Shown: in pieces, positions 20,031 through 29,165 of the stretch
How positions within the stretch are numbered: the stretch's first letter is position 1
Layout: every line of letters begins with the position of its first letter
Source: Pseudomonadota bacterium
GTDB lineage: Bacteria; Bdellovibrionota; Bdellovibrionia; Bdellovibrionales; SG-bin7
NCBI GenBank assembly: GCA_034439715.1
Contig: JAWXAY010000100.1
Coordinates: 55,353 to 119,352, forward strand
Reading direction: 5' to 3'
DNA length: 64,000 bases
Program-made: the position numbers and the translations under genes
Notes under the pieces: generated by a model
The model's database searches: none
What the model was told of the DNA's origin: nothing
The model's input: the letters and a program-made list of their open reading frames with translations, nothing else

Positions 20031-21590
20031 TTGGATCAAGAAATATTTGAGTGGCTGCTTTTATTAGGTCGATGGCTTCATATCACTGTCGCCATGGCGT
20101 GGATTGGCGCTTCATTCTTTTTCATGTGGCTCGATCGTACGCTTCAAAATAATGAACTCTGGATGGTCCACGGCGGCGGATTTTACCAAGTTAAAAAACA
20201 TCTCATGGGTCCGACAAGGGTTCCCAATCATTTGCACTGGTTTAAATGGGAGTCGTATTGGACCTGGCTCAGCGGACTTTTTTTAGTCATTCTGGTTTTT
20301 TATACCGGTAATGGTACTTTTCTTTTAGATTCGTCGGTTTCACAGGTCACTTACTGGCAGGCCGTTGGCATAAGTGTGGCATCGATGCTGGTATCCTGGC
20401 TGTATTATGATTTTTTATGGGAAAGTAAACTTGCTAAAAATAAACCTATAGTTGGGCACTTGCTAACTTTGTTGTGGTTTGTGGGTATGTCTTACTTTTT
20501 ATGTCATACTCTCAGCGGTAGAGCTGCGTATATTCATGTTGGTGGCATGCTTGGTACCTGGATGACCGCTAATGTGTTTTTGCGAATCATTCCTCGTCAA
20601 CTTAAAATGGTTGAGGCCGCAAAGCTTGGCGAGACGGTAAATCAAGAGTGGAGCAAGAACGCTAAGAATCGATCGACTCACAATACCTATTTTACCTTAC
20701 CTGTGATTTTCATAATGCTCAGCAATCACTTTCCGATGACCTATGGTCATAACTTCAACTGGCTCATTCTATTAGTTATCAGCGCGGCTGGTGCTGCGAT
20801 TCGTGAGTATTTTGTAGTTCGTCTGCAAAACCCTATTCGTGCGAAAATATTCGCTGCCGTCGGGGTCGTGTTGATTTTGGGAGTTATGTTTTTTACCAAG
20901 CAGAAGACACTTGTTCCCATAGAAACATATTCGGCTAAAGTTTCTGTAGAAAATCTTGGTCCAACGGCAAATGTTAAAGGTGTTGTAAAGTTTGTAGGAC
21001 CAGTACCGGTGGGCGAAAAGTTGCAGTTACCATTGGAGTGTAGGCAGGGCCGCGAGGGCGAGACTTTTTCAAATGAAGTTGTGGTTAATAACGGTAGGAT
21101 AAAAAATGTACTGATAAGAATCACCAAGGGGCTTGAAGGCAAAGTTTTTGGCGATGTGCCCGAGACTCCCGTACTCTTGGATCAAATAGATTGTCTCTAT
21201 GAACCAAGGGTGATTGGTGTTCGAGTTGGCCAAAAAATAGAAATTATTAATAGTGATTCTTTATTTCACAATGTGCGAGCGCTTACCAAAAACAATGAAG
21301 AGTTTAATATTTCAATGCCACAAAAAAACGATCGCTTTACTAAAGTATTTATGAAACCCGAAGTATTTTTACAAACAAAGTGTAGTGTACATCCCTGGAT
21401 GAGTGCCTATATTGCCGTTATAGAACACCCCTTTTTTAGCGTTACTAATGATACTGGCGAGTTTTTGATTAAGGATTTACCTTATGGGAACTATGCACTT
21501 GAAATTTGGCACGAAGTGTTCGGCGTTCAGACAAAAGAGATATCAGTAACTAAAGATCAGGATATTGAGTTTACCTTCAAAAGGGAGTGA
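20031..21590 (+). CDS. puuD: PuuD-type membrane urate hydroxylase N-domain fused to a cupredoxin/carboxypeptidase-regulatory-like domain
   Basis: RWLH...WIG.SF, WMVHGGGFY, LHWFKWESYWTWLSG, RSTHNTY, MLSNHFP; C-terminal DQ..C.Y.P, HNV, CSVHPWM, WHE; no CxxCH. Confidence 0.85.
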   Translation: MDQEIFEWLLLLGRWLHITVAMAWIGASFFFMWLDRTLQNNELWMVHGGGFYQVKKHLMGPTRVPNHLHWFKWESYWTWLSGLFLVILVFYTGNGTFLLDSSVSQVTYWQAVGISVASMLVSWLYYDFLWESKLAKNKPIVGHLLTLLWFVGMSYFLCHTLSGRAAYIHVGGMLGTWMTANVFLRIIPRQLKMVEAAKLGETVNQEWSKNAKNRSTHNTYFTLPVIFIMLSNHFPMTYGHNFNWLILLVISAAGAAIREYFVVRLQNPIRAKIFAAVGVVLILGVMFFTKQKTLVPIETYSAKVSVENLGPTANVKGVVKFVGPVPVGEKLQLPLECRQGREGETFSNEVVVNNGRIKNVLIRITKGLEGKVFGDVPETPVLLDQIDCLYEPRVIGVRVGQKIEIINSDSLFHNVRALTKNNEEFNISMPQKNDRFTKVFMKPEVFLQTKCSVHPWMSAYIAVIEHPFFSVTNDTGEFLIKDLPYGNYALEIWHEVFGVQTKEISVTKDQDIEFTFKRE

Positions 21591-21591
21591 C

Positions 21592-21915
21592 ATGATAAGC
21601 ACACATATTTTAGACACAAGTAAGGGCGTGCCAGCCGCAGGCATACCCGTTAAGTTAAGGTTTAGAAATGGGGACTCGTGGGCGGAGTTAGCGGTTGGAA
21701 AAACCAACTCTGACGGGCGATGCTCCTTTGAGTGCGAAATTGCTATGGGCATTTATAAAATTGTTTTTGAGGTGGAAGAATATCTCAAAAAACAAACTAA
21801 AGATTATTTTTACTCAAAAGTACCAGTCGTATTTAAGGTAACAGATGTTGGCCGCAAGTATCACGTGCCACTACTCTTGAATCCGTTTGGCTACTCCACT
21901 TATAGAGGTAGCTGA
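21592..21915 (+). CDS. uraH: 5-hydroxyisourate hydrolase (transthyretin-like)
   Basis: ISTHILD, TNSDGR, YHVPLLL and C-terminal YRGS. Confidence 0.95.
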   Translation: MISTHILDTSKGVPAAGIPVKLRFRNGDSWAELAVGKTNSDGRCSFECEIAMGIYKIVFEVEEYLKKQTKDYFYSKVPVVFKVTDVGRKYHVPLLLNPFGYSTYRGS

Positions 21916-21954
21916 AATCTGAAAACAAGAGAGATTCCTTACTATCAAGACTAT

Positions 21955-24900
21955 GTGACAGATGCGTTATTGAATTATTTGAAGCGCGAAAGCCGTCCAG
22001 TTGTCGGCGTATCTGAGTTGATGGAAGTCGGAAAAGGAGGAGGACTTGAGAATAAAGAATCGTTAAAATTTTTGTGTGAATTATACGACCAGCTAAAAGA
22101 GAATCTTAATCAAGTTTTAAACCAGAGAAAAACTGATCGTCACTTTATCGATCAGCGAACCCGCGCTTGTTATGAGCTCAATAAAAACCTTGGTATCGAT
22201 TTTATATCTCCTCAATACGAAACAATTATTGGCCATGAGGATGCAAATGGCCGAATCGTTATCGGCCCCAAAAATGATTTTTATGCAAAAAGTGGTGGCG
22301 GTAAACCTATTGCGCAATTGCCCGATTTTTTACAGGGTCACCACGTGACTTTATTTGGTCCGCCAGATGATGCCAAACTTTCTATAAATGCCATGAATGC
22401 CTTTTATAGAAAAACCAAGGACGAACCTGAAATCGTATCGGAACTACTTTCAACCCACTTGAGTAATCCCAAGTGGGGTGCCGACGATGAAGATTCTAAG
22501 ACGCCACTTAGAGCTGATTTAGTTGCGGCCGGTGAAAATCTTACCAGGTGTTTTGCTGGCGATCTTGAGTATACCGATCCCAAAACACAAAAAAAATATG
22601 CGCTAGAAAAGGGACGACTCGCTCTCCCTATTAAGCGATTCCCGGGTTTAGCTTTACCCTGTACTTTTCTGCTATATCGAGACAATCCGCTGCCGCTTCA
22701 CCTTTACGATTTTGCTCTTCATCTTTTTGAGAATTGGCATAACGAACAAGCGTTATCGTTTTATGTGCCTAAGCTCGAAAATGAAGAAGAGGCCCGATAT
22801 ATTTACTTGATGTGCGACACTGCAGAGGCGATGATTCAAAAACTCCACCCCGAGTATAAAAAGGGCGCCATCAGGCTGTTTGTCGTTCTAGAAAATCCTC
22901 GGGCGATTTTTCGTGTCAATGAAATCATGGATGCACTTTACCCTTATTTTGCTGGCGCCTCTCTAGGCTGGCACGATTATTTAAGCTCCGCCGCTCGTTT
23001 GTTTAAGAATGATGCTAACTATCGGATTCCTGTTAAAGCTGATCCAGATATAGTAATTAAATATATTAAGGCTTCACATGATTTGCTGGCACAGGTTGTT
23101 GGTTCGCGTGGTGGAGTCAAAATTGGTGGAATGTACGGCGTTCTGCCAATGGATAGTGATCTGTTTAGTCCCTCATACCAAATTGCCATAAAGGGTTTTA
23201 TAAAAGATGTCGTTACCGAGCTTAAAAGAAATCTCTCAGGTTTTTGGGTGGCACATCCCGATTTTATTCGGTGTGCACTGGCCATAGTTGAAAGCTGGAA
23301 ATTTTATCAGTCAGGTGATAAATCAAAACTAGATACCTTGGTCACCTGCCTTTTAGATAAAAAATACCATAAGGAAATTAGGGAGTTTATCCATGCCCGC
23401 GATTTGGCGGGACTCGACGTCAATGACCCGCTCTATGCAAGGTCATTGATTGTCGCCGATATTAAAGAATCGACGTTTATTGCCAATAATCATCCCGATG
23501 AAATTCGTTACAATGTGTTTCAGTCTCTGCAGTATTTGACGGATTGGTTAAGTGGCAATGGTTGTGTGGCGTTACCAGCCGAAATAGAGGGTGTGCCGGT
23601 ACGAGTAATGGATGATTTGGCTACGGCCGAACGCTCCCGGTGGGAGGTCTGGCATGAGCTGCACCACGGTCGCTTTAATCTAGAGGAATTTTTGAAAATT
23701 GCGCATGAAGAGATGATATTTATACGCAAAGATCTTTCGAACTCAAAAAAAATCGTACAGGTTAAGTGGAATGAGCGGACTGAAAAATGGTACCCAGTGG
23801 CCATGAGGCTAATGATTGAACTAATGACTAGCCCGGCGCCAGTTGAATTTGCGACTGAGCTTTTAATGTCATTTACAGTGGACTCGATTAGGCAAGAAGC
23901 AGATCCTCTTTTGGCATTGAGTAAGATAGATCCCGGCAAACTTGCTTTGAATTCATATATAGAGCGCTTTAATTACTATTTTTTAATTTGCGGCAATCTT
24001 GTTTTTGCAAAGACGATGGCCCAAAATATATCGGTTGATTTAGCGCTGGCAGAAAAACTTATAAACAACTTTACTTTGGATGAAGTTAAGGCCGCCGCGT
24101 ATTTTCATGGTGACATTGGCGAGAATAAGAAAACACTTGATGAAATGGCATCAAATGAGCAGGCGCTGGTGCTGAATGAGGACAATAAAATTAAGTCCGA
24201 GTTAGCCGATCTTGGTTTTAAATACCTGCAAAAATTTGGAGTAAAGTTTTTAATTTCTGCAAAAAACAAATCTGGAAAAGAAATAGTGTCAGCGCTTAGG
24301 ACGCGCCTCGAAAATACGGCTTCACAAGAATTGATCAATGCCAAGTCTGCGCTTTGGGAAATTAGCCTTAAGCGATTAAAAACTCAAGCGGAGCAAAGCC
24401 TTCATCAGCAAATCGAGAGATTGCGAGCTATGCACAATATTGGAGATGCCGCAGTCAGTGTTTCATTGCCGGGGGGAAGTGGGCAATTGCTTTGTTTTGG
24501 TGGGGCGACCGAGCAAACCTGGTTTCAATATGCGTCTTTAAGTAAAACGTTGTCCAGTTGTTTTGCCGTCGAATACTTTCACAATAAAAATATTTCTCTC
24601 GATACTCCCGTGGATTCTTTGTTAGAAAAAACAGAATCTGCATTTCGCATAAAGTCTGCTGAGGTTACGCTCCGTCACCTTATGAATCACACAGCGCTAA
24701 ACATGCATTACGTCAACGGAGTGCCAACAGCAGAAAAAATGCCAAATGTACGTGAGTTGCTTGACCCGATTGTCGTGACCAATGTGCCGGGCACGAGATT
24801 TCAGTATTCTGGCGGCGGATTTCTAGTGCTCCAACATCTTATCGAAGCTTTAGAAGGAAAAACTATTGTTGAGATTACCAAAACGTTTTTTGACAAGTTA

Positions 24901-26496
24901 GATTTAAAAAATTTAAGCTTTGCACCAGTGCCTGCTCCTAATATGGAAAAAATGTTCCCCGCTTTTGCGGCGGGCGTCCTAGGTACTGCCACTGACATGT
25001 CGCGATTTTTAGGGTGCCTCACTGGCGCCTATAAATCGTTAGACGGCGCGGGCCCCATTTCTCATAATACTGCGATAGAGATGTTACACGGTGCAGACGT
25101 TGGAAGTTTTAAGTTCATAGGAGCAAAAATGGGGCTCGGTGTTTTTATAGCCGAAGCTGGCCCTAATCGCCTCATGTTACATCAGGGCGCGAATGATGGG
25201 TTCCGATCGGTTTTTGTTCACTGCTTTGATGGCCCCGATAGCGGCACTGGGTTTGTGGTGCTGTGCACTGGTGATTTTAATGGGGTCTTGTTTATTTCTG
25301 AAGTAGCGCAATTAATATTTAAGGAACTTAACCTAAAAGGTGTCGACACAAATAAATTTCTGAATAAATTTGAACTCTTAAATATCCCGCCTGAGGAAGT
25401 AGTCAATCGAGCCTATAAAAATTTACTGTTTGATGCCTTTGAGCCAGATTTGCCGGAAGTGATCAAACAAAAGGGCCCGCTTGACCCCCTCGCTTCAAAA
25501 AATCTCGCCGTAGGCGGTAAAATCGTAGAGACCAGCAATCAAGGCTTTGCCCGAGCTGAAAATCTTTTATCTCCGCACTTGCCGACATTTGATTCTGAGC
25601 TTTATGGCCGTCAAGGAAAAATAATGGATAGCTGGGAATCTGTACGTCATAACCCTAATTCAAACGACTATCTCATTTTTGAGTTAAAAAAACCGTCAAC
25701 AATTTCTCAGGTTTCTCTATCCACAAAATATCACCTCGGGAATCACGCTGAGGCAGTGGAAATCGAAGGTCTCGACAGTCAAGGGCAGTGGCAGAGAATT
25801 ATCGCGAAAACTGAGTTAAATGGACATGCCATTAAATTTCTCCTATCGCTGGCTAATAAATCGATTTTTACGACTATTAAAGTTTCGATGTTTCCTGACG
25901 GAGGATTAACCCGATTGGGTCTCTACAAAGATGAGCTCCCGGAACAGCCAAAAAACCAGATTTTTAGTGAAGGCATTCCTCACACTAATAAGCCGCTCAC
26001 ACCTCAGTTTAAGGGAGCACCACGTTTTTCGTCTGGCATCGAAATAGATATTGCCAGCCAGGCTTACGGCGGAAAAATAATTAGTGTGTCGAATCAGCAT
26101 TATGGTCCGGCTTCTCAAATTATTTCACCCTATCCGCCAATCAACATGTTCGATGGTTTTGAATCTGCGCGCAGTCGAGAAGCAGATCATTTCGAAGATG
26201 TGATTATTGAACTGGGTCGACCCGCAAAAATTAGCCGTATCGAAATAGATTTTACCTACTTTAAAAACAATAACCCTCGCGAATTAAGCATAGAGGGATT
26301 ATCTAAAAATGGCTGGGTTGTTTTAGTGACAAAAACAAACGTCAAAGCGTATGCCGGTAATGTGGTAGAGTTTAAGCCAAAAAATACAGAGGAGATCAAA
26401 CAAGTGAAAGTCGTGGTTTTTCCAGATGGCGGAATAAATCGGGTCAAAGTTTTTACGAGACCAGAGAAGAGACCTGAGAAGGGACCAGCAACATGA
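21955..26496 (+). CDS. fusion: malate synthase / OHCU decarboxylase / beta-lactamase-fold serine hydrolase / allantoicase
   Basis: MS: ADDEDS, YVPKLE, LENP, GWHDY, WVAHP, GNGCV, MDDLATAE. OHCU: HGDIG, EQ, Y..KFG..F, RLEN, KRL. Hydrolase: SLSK, YSGGG, HQG. Allantoicase: two repeats with DSWES/DGFES and PDGG..R. Confidence 0.88.
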   Translation: MTDALLNYLKRESRPVVGVSELMEVGKGGGLENKESLKFLCELYDQLKENLNQVLNQRKTDRHFIDQRTRACYELNKNLGIDFISPQYETIIGHEDANGRIVIGPKNDFYAKSGGGKPIAQLPDFLQGHHVTLFGPPDDAKLSINAMNAFYRKTKDEPEIVSELLSTHLSNPKWGADDEDSKTPLRADLVAAGENLTRCFAGDLEYTDPKTQKKYALEKGRLALPIKRFPGLALPCTFLLYRDNPLPLHLYDFALHLFENWHNEQALSFYVPKLENEEEARYIYLMCDTAEAMIQKLHPEYKKGAIRLFVVLENPRAIFRVNEIMDALYPYFAGASLGWHDYLSSAARLFKNDANYRIPVKADPDIVIKYIKASHDLLAQVVGSRGGVKIGGMYGVLPMDSDLFSPSYQIAIKGFIKDVVTELKRNLSGFWVAHPDFIRCALAIVESWKFYQSGDKSKLDTLVTCLLDKKYHKEIREFIHARDLAGLDVNDPLYARSLIVADIKESTFIANNHPDEIRYNVFQSLQYLTDWLSGNGCVALPAEIEGVPVRVMDDLATAERSRWEVWHELHHGRFNLEEFLKIAHEEMIFIRKDLSNSKKIVQVKWNERTEKWYPVAMRLMIELMTSPAPVEFATELLMSFTVDSIRQEADPLLALSKIDPGKLALNSYIERFNYYFLICGNLVFAKTMAQNISVDLALAEKLINNFTLDEVKAAAYFHGDIGENKKTLDEMASNEQALVLNEDNKIKSELADLGFKYLQKFGVKFLISAKNKSGKEIVSALRTRLENTASQELINAKSALWEISLKRLKTQAEQSLHQQIERLRAMHNIGDAAVSVSLPGGSGQLLCFGGATEQTWFQYASLSKTLSSCFAVEYFHNKNISLDTPVDSLLEKTESAFRIKSAEVTLRHLMNHTALNMHYVNGVPTAEKMPNVRELLDPIVVTNVPGTRFQYSGGGFLVLQHLIEALEGKTIVEITKTFFDKLDLKNLSFAPVPAPNMEKMFPAFAAGVLGTATDMSRFLGCLTGAYKSLDGAGPISHNTAIEMLHGADVGSFKFIGAKMGLGVFIAEAGPNRLMLHQGANDGFRSVFVHCFDGPDSGTGFVVLCTGDFNGVLFISEVAQLIFKELNLKGVDTNKFLNKFELLNIPPEEVVNRAYKNLLFDAFEPDLPEVIKQKGPLDPLASKNLAVGGKIVETSNQGFARAENLLSPHLPTFDSELYGRQGKIMDSWESVRHNPNSNDYLIFELKKPSTISQVSLSTKYHLGNHAEAVEIEGLDSQGQWQRIIAKTELNGHAIKFLLSLANKSIFTTIKVSMFPDGGLTRLGLYKDELPEQPKNQIFSEGIPHTNKPLTPQFKGAPRFSSGIEIDIASQAYGGKIISVSNQHYGPASQIISPYPPINMFDGFESARSREADHFEDVIIELGRPAKISRIEIDFTYFKNNNPRELSIEGLSKNGWVVLVTKTNVKAYAGNVVEFKPKNTEEIKQVKVVVFPDGGINRVKVFTRPEKRPEKGPAT

Positions 26497-27275
26497 AAAA
26501 GTTACGGAGGTGGGTGATTAAGGCAGGTAGTAAAATGGTGTGCGATGGTGGTCCTCTCCTTTTACTGAGTTGGATGCGGCAAGTTGATGAGTTAAGACGC
26601 AAACATAAAATCGAAGTTATTTGGGTGACTTCAGGAGCCATTTCCTGGGCTGTGAATCGCACCAAGTTTAAAAAACTGAATCGTAAACTTCAGCAAAAGC
26701 AGGCACTAAGTGCCATTGGGCAACCGTTGGTAATGGAACAGTATAATCTGGCCCTTCATAAATTAAACCTATTGGGCTCTCAGGTTTTGTTAACAGCGGG
26801 AGACATGCGAGATCGCACTCGGCGGAGAAATTTACAAAATACGCTCAATGAAATCTTACGCTGGAAGGTCACTCCAATACTCAATGAAAATGATGCTGTT
26901 GCCACCGAAGAAATCCAGTTTGGTGACAATGATTCATTGGCCTCGCAAGTAGCCATCATGATGAAAGCCGAACGTTTGGTATTGATGACGGATGTAGACG
27001 GTCTTTTCGATGATGATCCCAAAAAGAATAAGAGAGCTAAGTTGATCAATTATCGGCGCCGAATTAGTAAAGTAGACCTTCGCTTAGCTCGCAAAAAATC
27101 TAAATCTCTGCAAGGCACGGGCGGAATGTTTTCAAAACTTTTGGCTGTCCGTAGAGCGAGTCGCTCAGGTGTCGTCTGCCATTTGGTGCGTGGTGACTCT
27201 CCTAAAAATCTGTTAGAGATTGCCTCTGACCGGTCGGTCGGCACTCAAATAGGTGGACTCTATGAAAACAAATAG
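26493..27275 (+). CDS. proB: glutamate 5-kinase (no PUA domain)
   Basis: VIKAGS, TSGA, NENDAV, FGDNDSLA, GTGGM.SK. Confidence 0.93.
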   Translation: MKKLRRWVIKAGSKMVCDGGPLLLLSWMRQVDELRRKHKIEVIWVTSGAISWAVNRTKFKKLNRKLQQKQALSAIGQPLVMEQYNLALHKLNLLGSQVLLTAGDMRDRTRRRNLQNTLNEILRWKVTPILNENDAVATEEIQFGDNDSLASQVAIMMKAERLVLMTDVDGLFDDDPKKNKRAKLINYRRRISKVDLRLARKKSKSLQGTGGMFSKLLAVRRASRSGVVCHLVRGDSPKNLLEIASDRSVGTQIGGLYENK

Positions 27276-28521
27276 CGAAATGGAGCAGGCGCTCGTGTCT
27301 CTCCGCCAAGGAAACCGTCAGCTGCGAGGATTAAGTGCTGCGCGAAAAAACAAAACGTTAATAAAACTAGCAGAGATTATAGAAAGCGAAGCTCCGACAA
27401 TTTTGAGCGCAAATCTCATTGATCTAAAACAGCTACCCAAAGACACAACAGCCGCATTTCGTGACCGACTTGCGCTAGATCAAGACCGTGTGTTGGCTAT
27501 GGTGCAAAGTCTGAGGGAAGTGGCAAACCTCACTGATCCCGTCGGTGAAGTCATCGATGAAAAAACTCTTTCTAATAATTTAAGACTGAAGCGGGTGCGT
27601 TCTCCTTTGGGTCTTATCTTTATGATTTTTGAGTCCCGACCAAACGTGATTCTTGAGGCCTTTTCGCTCGCATTTAAATCCGGGAATTCAATAATACTTC
27701 GCGGCGGGTCAGACTCAGGCGCCACGAGCAAAGTAATTTATGGGTTAATGGCTAATGCCCTTTCAGAAAGTGGCGTGGAGTTTTCGGTATTCTATGGCTT
27801 GCAAGATTATGACCGAGGCATCGTCGAGAATTTGCTAAAAAGAAAAAATCTTATCGATGTCGTTGTTCCGAGAGGTGGAGAAAAATTAATAGATTTTGTG
27901 CAGAGTCATGCTCTTATGCCAATTATTAAAAATGATCGTGGTCTATGCCATACCTATGTAGACGAAGACGCCGATCTCGAAATGGCGGTGCGAATTGTAG
28001 CAAATGCAAAAACTCAGAGGCCCGGTGTGTGTAACGCTCTAGAGACAGTTCTCGTTCACCAAAATTGCGCTAAGGATTTTATTCCTAAGCTTTACCAGGC
28101 AACCGAATCCGTAAAATTAACCTGGCGAGTGGACCAGGCGAGCCTAAGTATTTTAAAAAATGAATCACGTGTACAGTTGGCTTCGCCAGCGGATTGGGAT
28201 ACAGAGTATCTTGATCTTATCATGAATTGTCGTATTGTTTCTAATTTGGATAGCGCCATTGAGCATATTGAGCGACACGGCTCAAAACACTCCGAAGCCA
28301 TTGTGACAAGTTCTGAAAAAAAAGCTCGGAATTTTCAAAATGAGGTCGATGCGGCGGCCGTTTATTGGAATGCTTCGACTCGATTTACAGATGGTTTTGA
28401 GTTTGGTTTGGGGGGCGAGCTTGGTATTAGCACTCAAAAAATTCACGTGCGGGGACCGGTTGGACTTCGCGAATTAACTACTCCCCGCTGGATTATCGAT
28501 GGCGACGGGCAAGTTCGGTAA
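27262..28521 (+). CDS. proA: gamma-glutamyl phosphate reductase
   Basis: FESRPNV, VCNALET, HSEAI, NASTRFTDG, GISTQKIH.RGP. Confidence 0.95.
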   Translation: MKTNSEMEQALVSLRQGNRQLRGLSAARKNKTLIKLAEIIESEAPTILSANLIDLKQLPKDTTAAFRDRLALDQDRVLAMVQSLREVANLTDPVGEVIDEKTLSNNLRLKRVRSPLGLIFMIFESRPNVILEAFSLAFKSGNSIILRGGSDSGATSKVIYGLMANALSESGVEFSVFYGLQDYDRGIVENLLKRKNLIDVVVPRGGEKLIDFVQSHALMPIIKNDRGLCHTYVDEDADLEMAVRIVANAKTQRPGVCNALETVLVHQNCAKDFIPKLYQATESVKLTWRVDQASLSILKNESRVQLASPADWDTEYLDLIMNCRIVSNLDSAIEHIERHGSKHSEAIVTSSEKKARNFQNEVDAAAVYWNASTRFTDGFEFGLGGELGISTQKIHVRGPVGLRELTTPRWIIDGDGQVR

Positions 28522-28524
28522 AGA

Positions 28525-29019
28525 CTAACTAGATTGATCCTTTTTTTGTTCAACAGCTTTAGCAGCAGGAGCTCCCGGATTGGCGCCTTTGGCATCCTTA
28601 GCGCCTTTATCTTTTGGGGGGCCTCGTCTGTCTCCGCCACCACCGCCACGTCCACCACCACCACCGCGACCACCTTGACCTCCGCCGCGTCCACCTTTAC
28701 CTTTGGGTGAGGGTGGTTTGATAAAAGGTACAACAAGCGATTCGGGCATATAATAATGTTCTTCTACTTTAGCGGCTTTAGCTGGAACGCTTTCACCCTC
28801 TGCAAAAGTAACAACTAACACGCGCTTGAGATTTTCGAGATTTTTTTCGGCAACATCAATGGCGTTAATAAAATGCTTTAGTTTGTCGCCTTCGAATTTA
28901 AAAGTAGCGCCTAGGCCCGTTTGGATTTCTTCGGGCGTTTTGCCTTCAGCAGTAAGGGCCGTTTTAGAAGTAAGGGCTTGTTTTAGTGTGAAACTCGCAA
29001 ATTCAGTTACTGATTTCAT
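28525..29019 (-). CDS. hypothetical protein with RGG/Gly-rich basic C-terminus
   Basis: AGAGGA RBS before MKSVTEF; tail GKGGRGGGQGGRGGGGGRGGGG. Confidence 0.7.
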   Translation of the reverse strand: MKSVTEFASFTLKQALTSKTALTAEGKTPEEIQTGLGATFKFEGDKLKHFINAIDVAEKNLENLKRVLVVTFAEGESVPAKAAKVEEHYYMPESLVVPFIKPPSPKGKGGRGGGQGGRGGGGGRGGGGGDRRGPPKDKGAKDAKGANPGAPAAKAVEQKKDQSS

Positions 29020-29165
29020 GGCATGAATCCTCTCAAAAAATTTAAAGGCAATACTGGGTATAATATTGATTGCTGTCAAATGAAACAGAAAAAATTATAG
29101 GGACTTGCTTGAACTTCCTTTGACCTTCTCTTGACCTTTTAAACAGGTGCGTGCACTTTGGGCAG

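Noticed and set aside
24400..25350. Antibiotic-resistance beta-lactamase
   Set aside because: Internal domain of a cytoplasmic metabolic fusion with no signal peptide; the context favours a metabolic role
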